A stretch of 18,692 nucleotides of DNA from a bacterium. Its GTDB lineage: Bacteria; Electryoneota; Electryoneia; Electryoneales; Electryoneaceae. The stretch spans positions 1-18,692 of the forward strand of contig JAZDLX010000065.1 of the NCBI GenBank assembly GCA_043801585.1. Direction: 5' to 3'. Positions within the stretch are counted from its first letter, which is position 1. Each line of letters begins with the position of its first letter. Positions 17,611 to 18,692 of this stretch are shown here, in pieces. Made by a program: the position numbers and the translations under genes. Under the pieces are notes generated by a model that did no database searches, was not told where the DNA came from, and saw only the letters and a program-made list of their open reading frames with translations.

Positions 17611-17697
17611 GTCATCCTGAACGAAGTGAAGGATCTATGTGTCTCGCTTGTCTAAAACAAAGATTCTTCATCCGTCAGCTGACGGATTCAGAATGAC
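17611..17697. repeat. Complete GTCATYCTGAA...TGAAGRATCT inverted-repeat (CGTC-type REP-like) element
   Basis: Left arm (C)GTCATCCTGAA-CGAAG-TGAAGGATCT. Right arm AGATTCTTCA-TCCGTCAGCTGACGGA-TTCAGAATGAC, whose 16-nt inner spacer is a perfect palindrome. Confidence 0.85.
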
Positions 17698-17709
17698 TGA
17701 ATGTCAAGG

Positions 17710-17881
17710 TGACCCGGCCAGCTTGATGGCCGGGTATCTACTAAGCTGTTAGATGATTTCACCCTGCAAGGAAATAGTATTTTCTTAGTGCTGCCTTTTC
17801 TCTGATGAATGAATTGGTAATTCATCGTTTCCGCGATTCAGCAACAATATTTGAGACCCGGCCATCAAGCCGGCCGGGCCA
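17710..17881. repeat. REP doublet (REPIN/MITE-like): 26-bp inverted repeats around a 120-bp AT-rich core
   Basis: TGACCCGGCCAGCTTGATGGCCGGGT (17710-17735) matches the reverse complement of 17856-17881 (TGGCCCGGCCGGCTTGATGGCCGGGT) at 24/26. A third, truncated copy GTCAAGCTGACCGGGCCACCC lies at 17587-17607. Confidence 0.8.
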
Positions 17882-17902
17882 TCCATTAAGAGGATTCACA
17901 AG

Positions 17903-18692
17903 ATGATCGGTCGAAGGTTTCTGATAGCAGGGTTGGTTCCCCTGTTCGCACTTGCCCTTGCCGCGATGCCCTCCGCCGCGCAGGAGTGGAAAACTCCTGT
18001 TCCCGGCTACGAATGGTCCTTTCCGCGCGATCACGCCAACCACGGCGAGTACGCCGTCGAGTGGTGGTACTACACCGGCCACCTGCTGCCAGTCGGCGCG
18101 GACTCCACGGACCCGGACGCCTGGGTGCACATTCAGCTCACCTTCTTCCGTTCCGCCGCGGGTGGACCGGAGGTGCATCCCCTCTACTTTGCCCACCTGG
18201 CAATGTCCGGCGGTGCCACCGGCGACTTCGACTACGCGGAACGGATCGCACGCGGCACCCTCGGCGAGGCGGGTGCGGACGAGCCGGTGTACCACGTCTG
18301 GCTGGACGACTGGCGAGCGTCGCTGATCGGAAAGGACCAGGTGCTCGAAGCGTGGGATAAAGAGGTCGGCGGGTTCCGTCTGATCGCCACCCCCGAGGGC
18401 GAACCGGTACTCAACGGCGACCGTGGATTCAGCCGCAAGGGACCATCCGCTACCGAAGCCTCGTTCTACTACTCAATCCCCCGGATGTCAGCCACGGGCT
18501 ACCTGCTCCCTCCCGAGAACGAGGACGCCTCAATACCAAAACCAACAAATCAGTCCTCTTCCATTAGTCAGCCTGAACGAAGTGACCCGCAGCCCCGAAG
18601 GGGCAAGCTCGCCCGTCACGAAGTGACGGGCAACATTGGATCTATGTTTTCTTCCGGGAACACGAGCAGCTCGGCTCCTGAACCCATCGCCG
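17903..18692 (+). CDS. Exported lipocalin-like AttH/CrtC (carotenoid 1,2-hydratase-like) family protein (3' end runs off the right edge)
   Basis: Hand translation from ATG 17903 (GAGGA RBS). Signal peptide MIGRRFLIAGLVPLFALALAAMPSAA, then WSFPRDHANH, EWWYYTGHL, QLTFFR, YFAHLA, VWLDDW, PVLNGDRGFSRKG and ASFYYSIPR. The frame is open to the window end (263 codons), so it is absent from the ORF track. Confidence 0.9.
   Translation, partial: MIGRRFLIAGLVPLFALALAAMPSAAQEWKTPVPGYEWSFPRDHANHGEYAVEWWYYTGHLLPVGADSTDPDAWVHIQLTFFRSAAGGPEVHPLYFAHLAMSGGATGDFDYAERIARGTLGEAGADEPVYHVWLDDWRASLIGKDQVLEAWDKEVGGFRLIATPEGEPVLNGDRGFSRKGPSATEASFYYSIPRMSATGYLLPPENEDASIPKPTNQSSSISQPERSDPQPRRGKLARHEVTGNIGSMFSSGNTSSSAPEPIA
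18567..18647 (+). repeat. Intragenic copy of the REP-like left arm with a nested double hairpin
   Basis: GTCAGCCTGAACGAAGTGA...GGATCTATGT matches 17611-17640. The inner 52 nt contain GCCCC-GAA-GGGGC (18592-18604) and GCCCGTCAC-GAA-GTGACGGGC (18611-18631). Confidence 0.85.

Noticed and set aside
17363..17696. Small ORFs 17505..17696 (+) and 17363..17575 (-)
   Set aside because: They are made entirely of palindromic repeat sequence (MYQV/TWYIF appear on both strands because of the inverted repeat), with no evidence of a real protein.
17822..18626. ORF-track entries in the last 900 bp
   Set aside because: They are alternative-frame or antisense overlaps of the AttH-like gene, which the track missed because its stop lies outside the window.

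Overview
Bacterial chromosomal window, GC-rich overall with AT-richer intergenic parts, containing no rRNA, tRNA, CRISPR array or transposase. Left part (minus strand): two translationally coupled citrate-synthase-family genes, a carbon-nitrogen hydrolase, then sucA (2-oxoglutarate dehydrogenase E1), which runs off the left edge and is missing from the ORF track. Divergent from these is an SprA-related HExxH protein behind a sigma28-like promoter. Middle (minus strand): an MBL-fold hydrolase and two paralogous membrane PDZ-like/GAF/PP2C (SpoIIE/RsbU-type) phosphatases. Right part (plus strand): an ABC ATPase, a two-repeat FtsX-type permease and an AttH/CrtC-like lipocalin gene that runs off the right edge. 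Three observations stand out. (1) The two citrate synthase paralogs have complementary active-site losses: one lacks the catalytic His/Asp pair, and the other keeps it but lacks two oxaloacetate-binding Arg residues. This suggests an enzyme plus pseudoenzyme heterodimer with altered substrate specificity. (2) A REP-type palindromic element from the intergenic repeat pile-up at about 17.35-17.9 kb also sits in frame inside the AttH-like gene, with a frame-preserving net +51 nt hairpin expansion. (3) GTGG-tagged REP-like palindromes recur in three intergenic regions.
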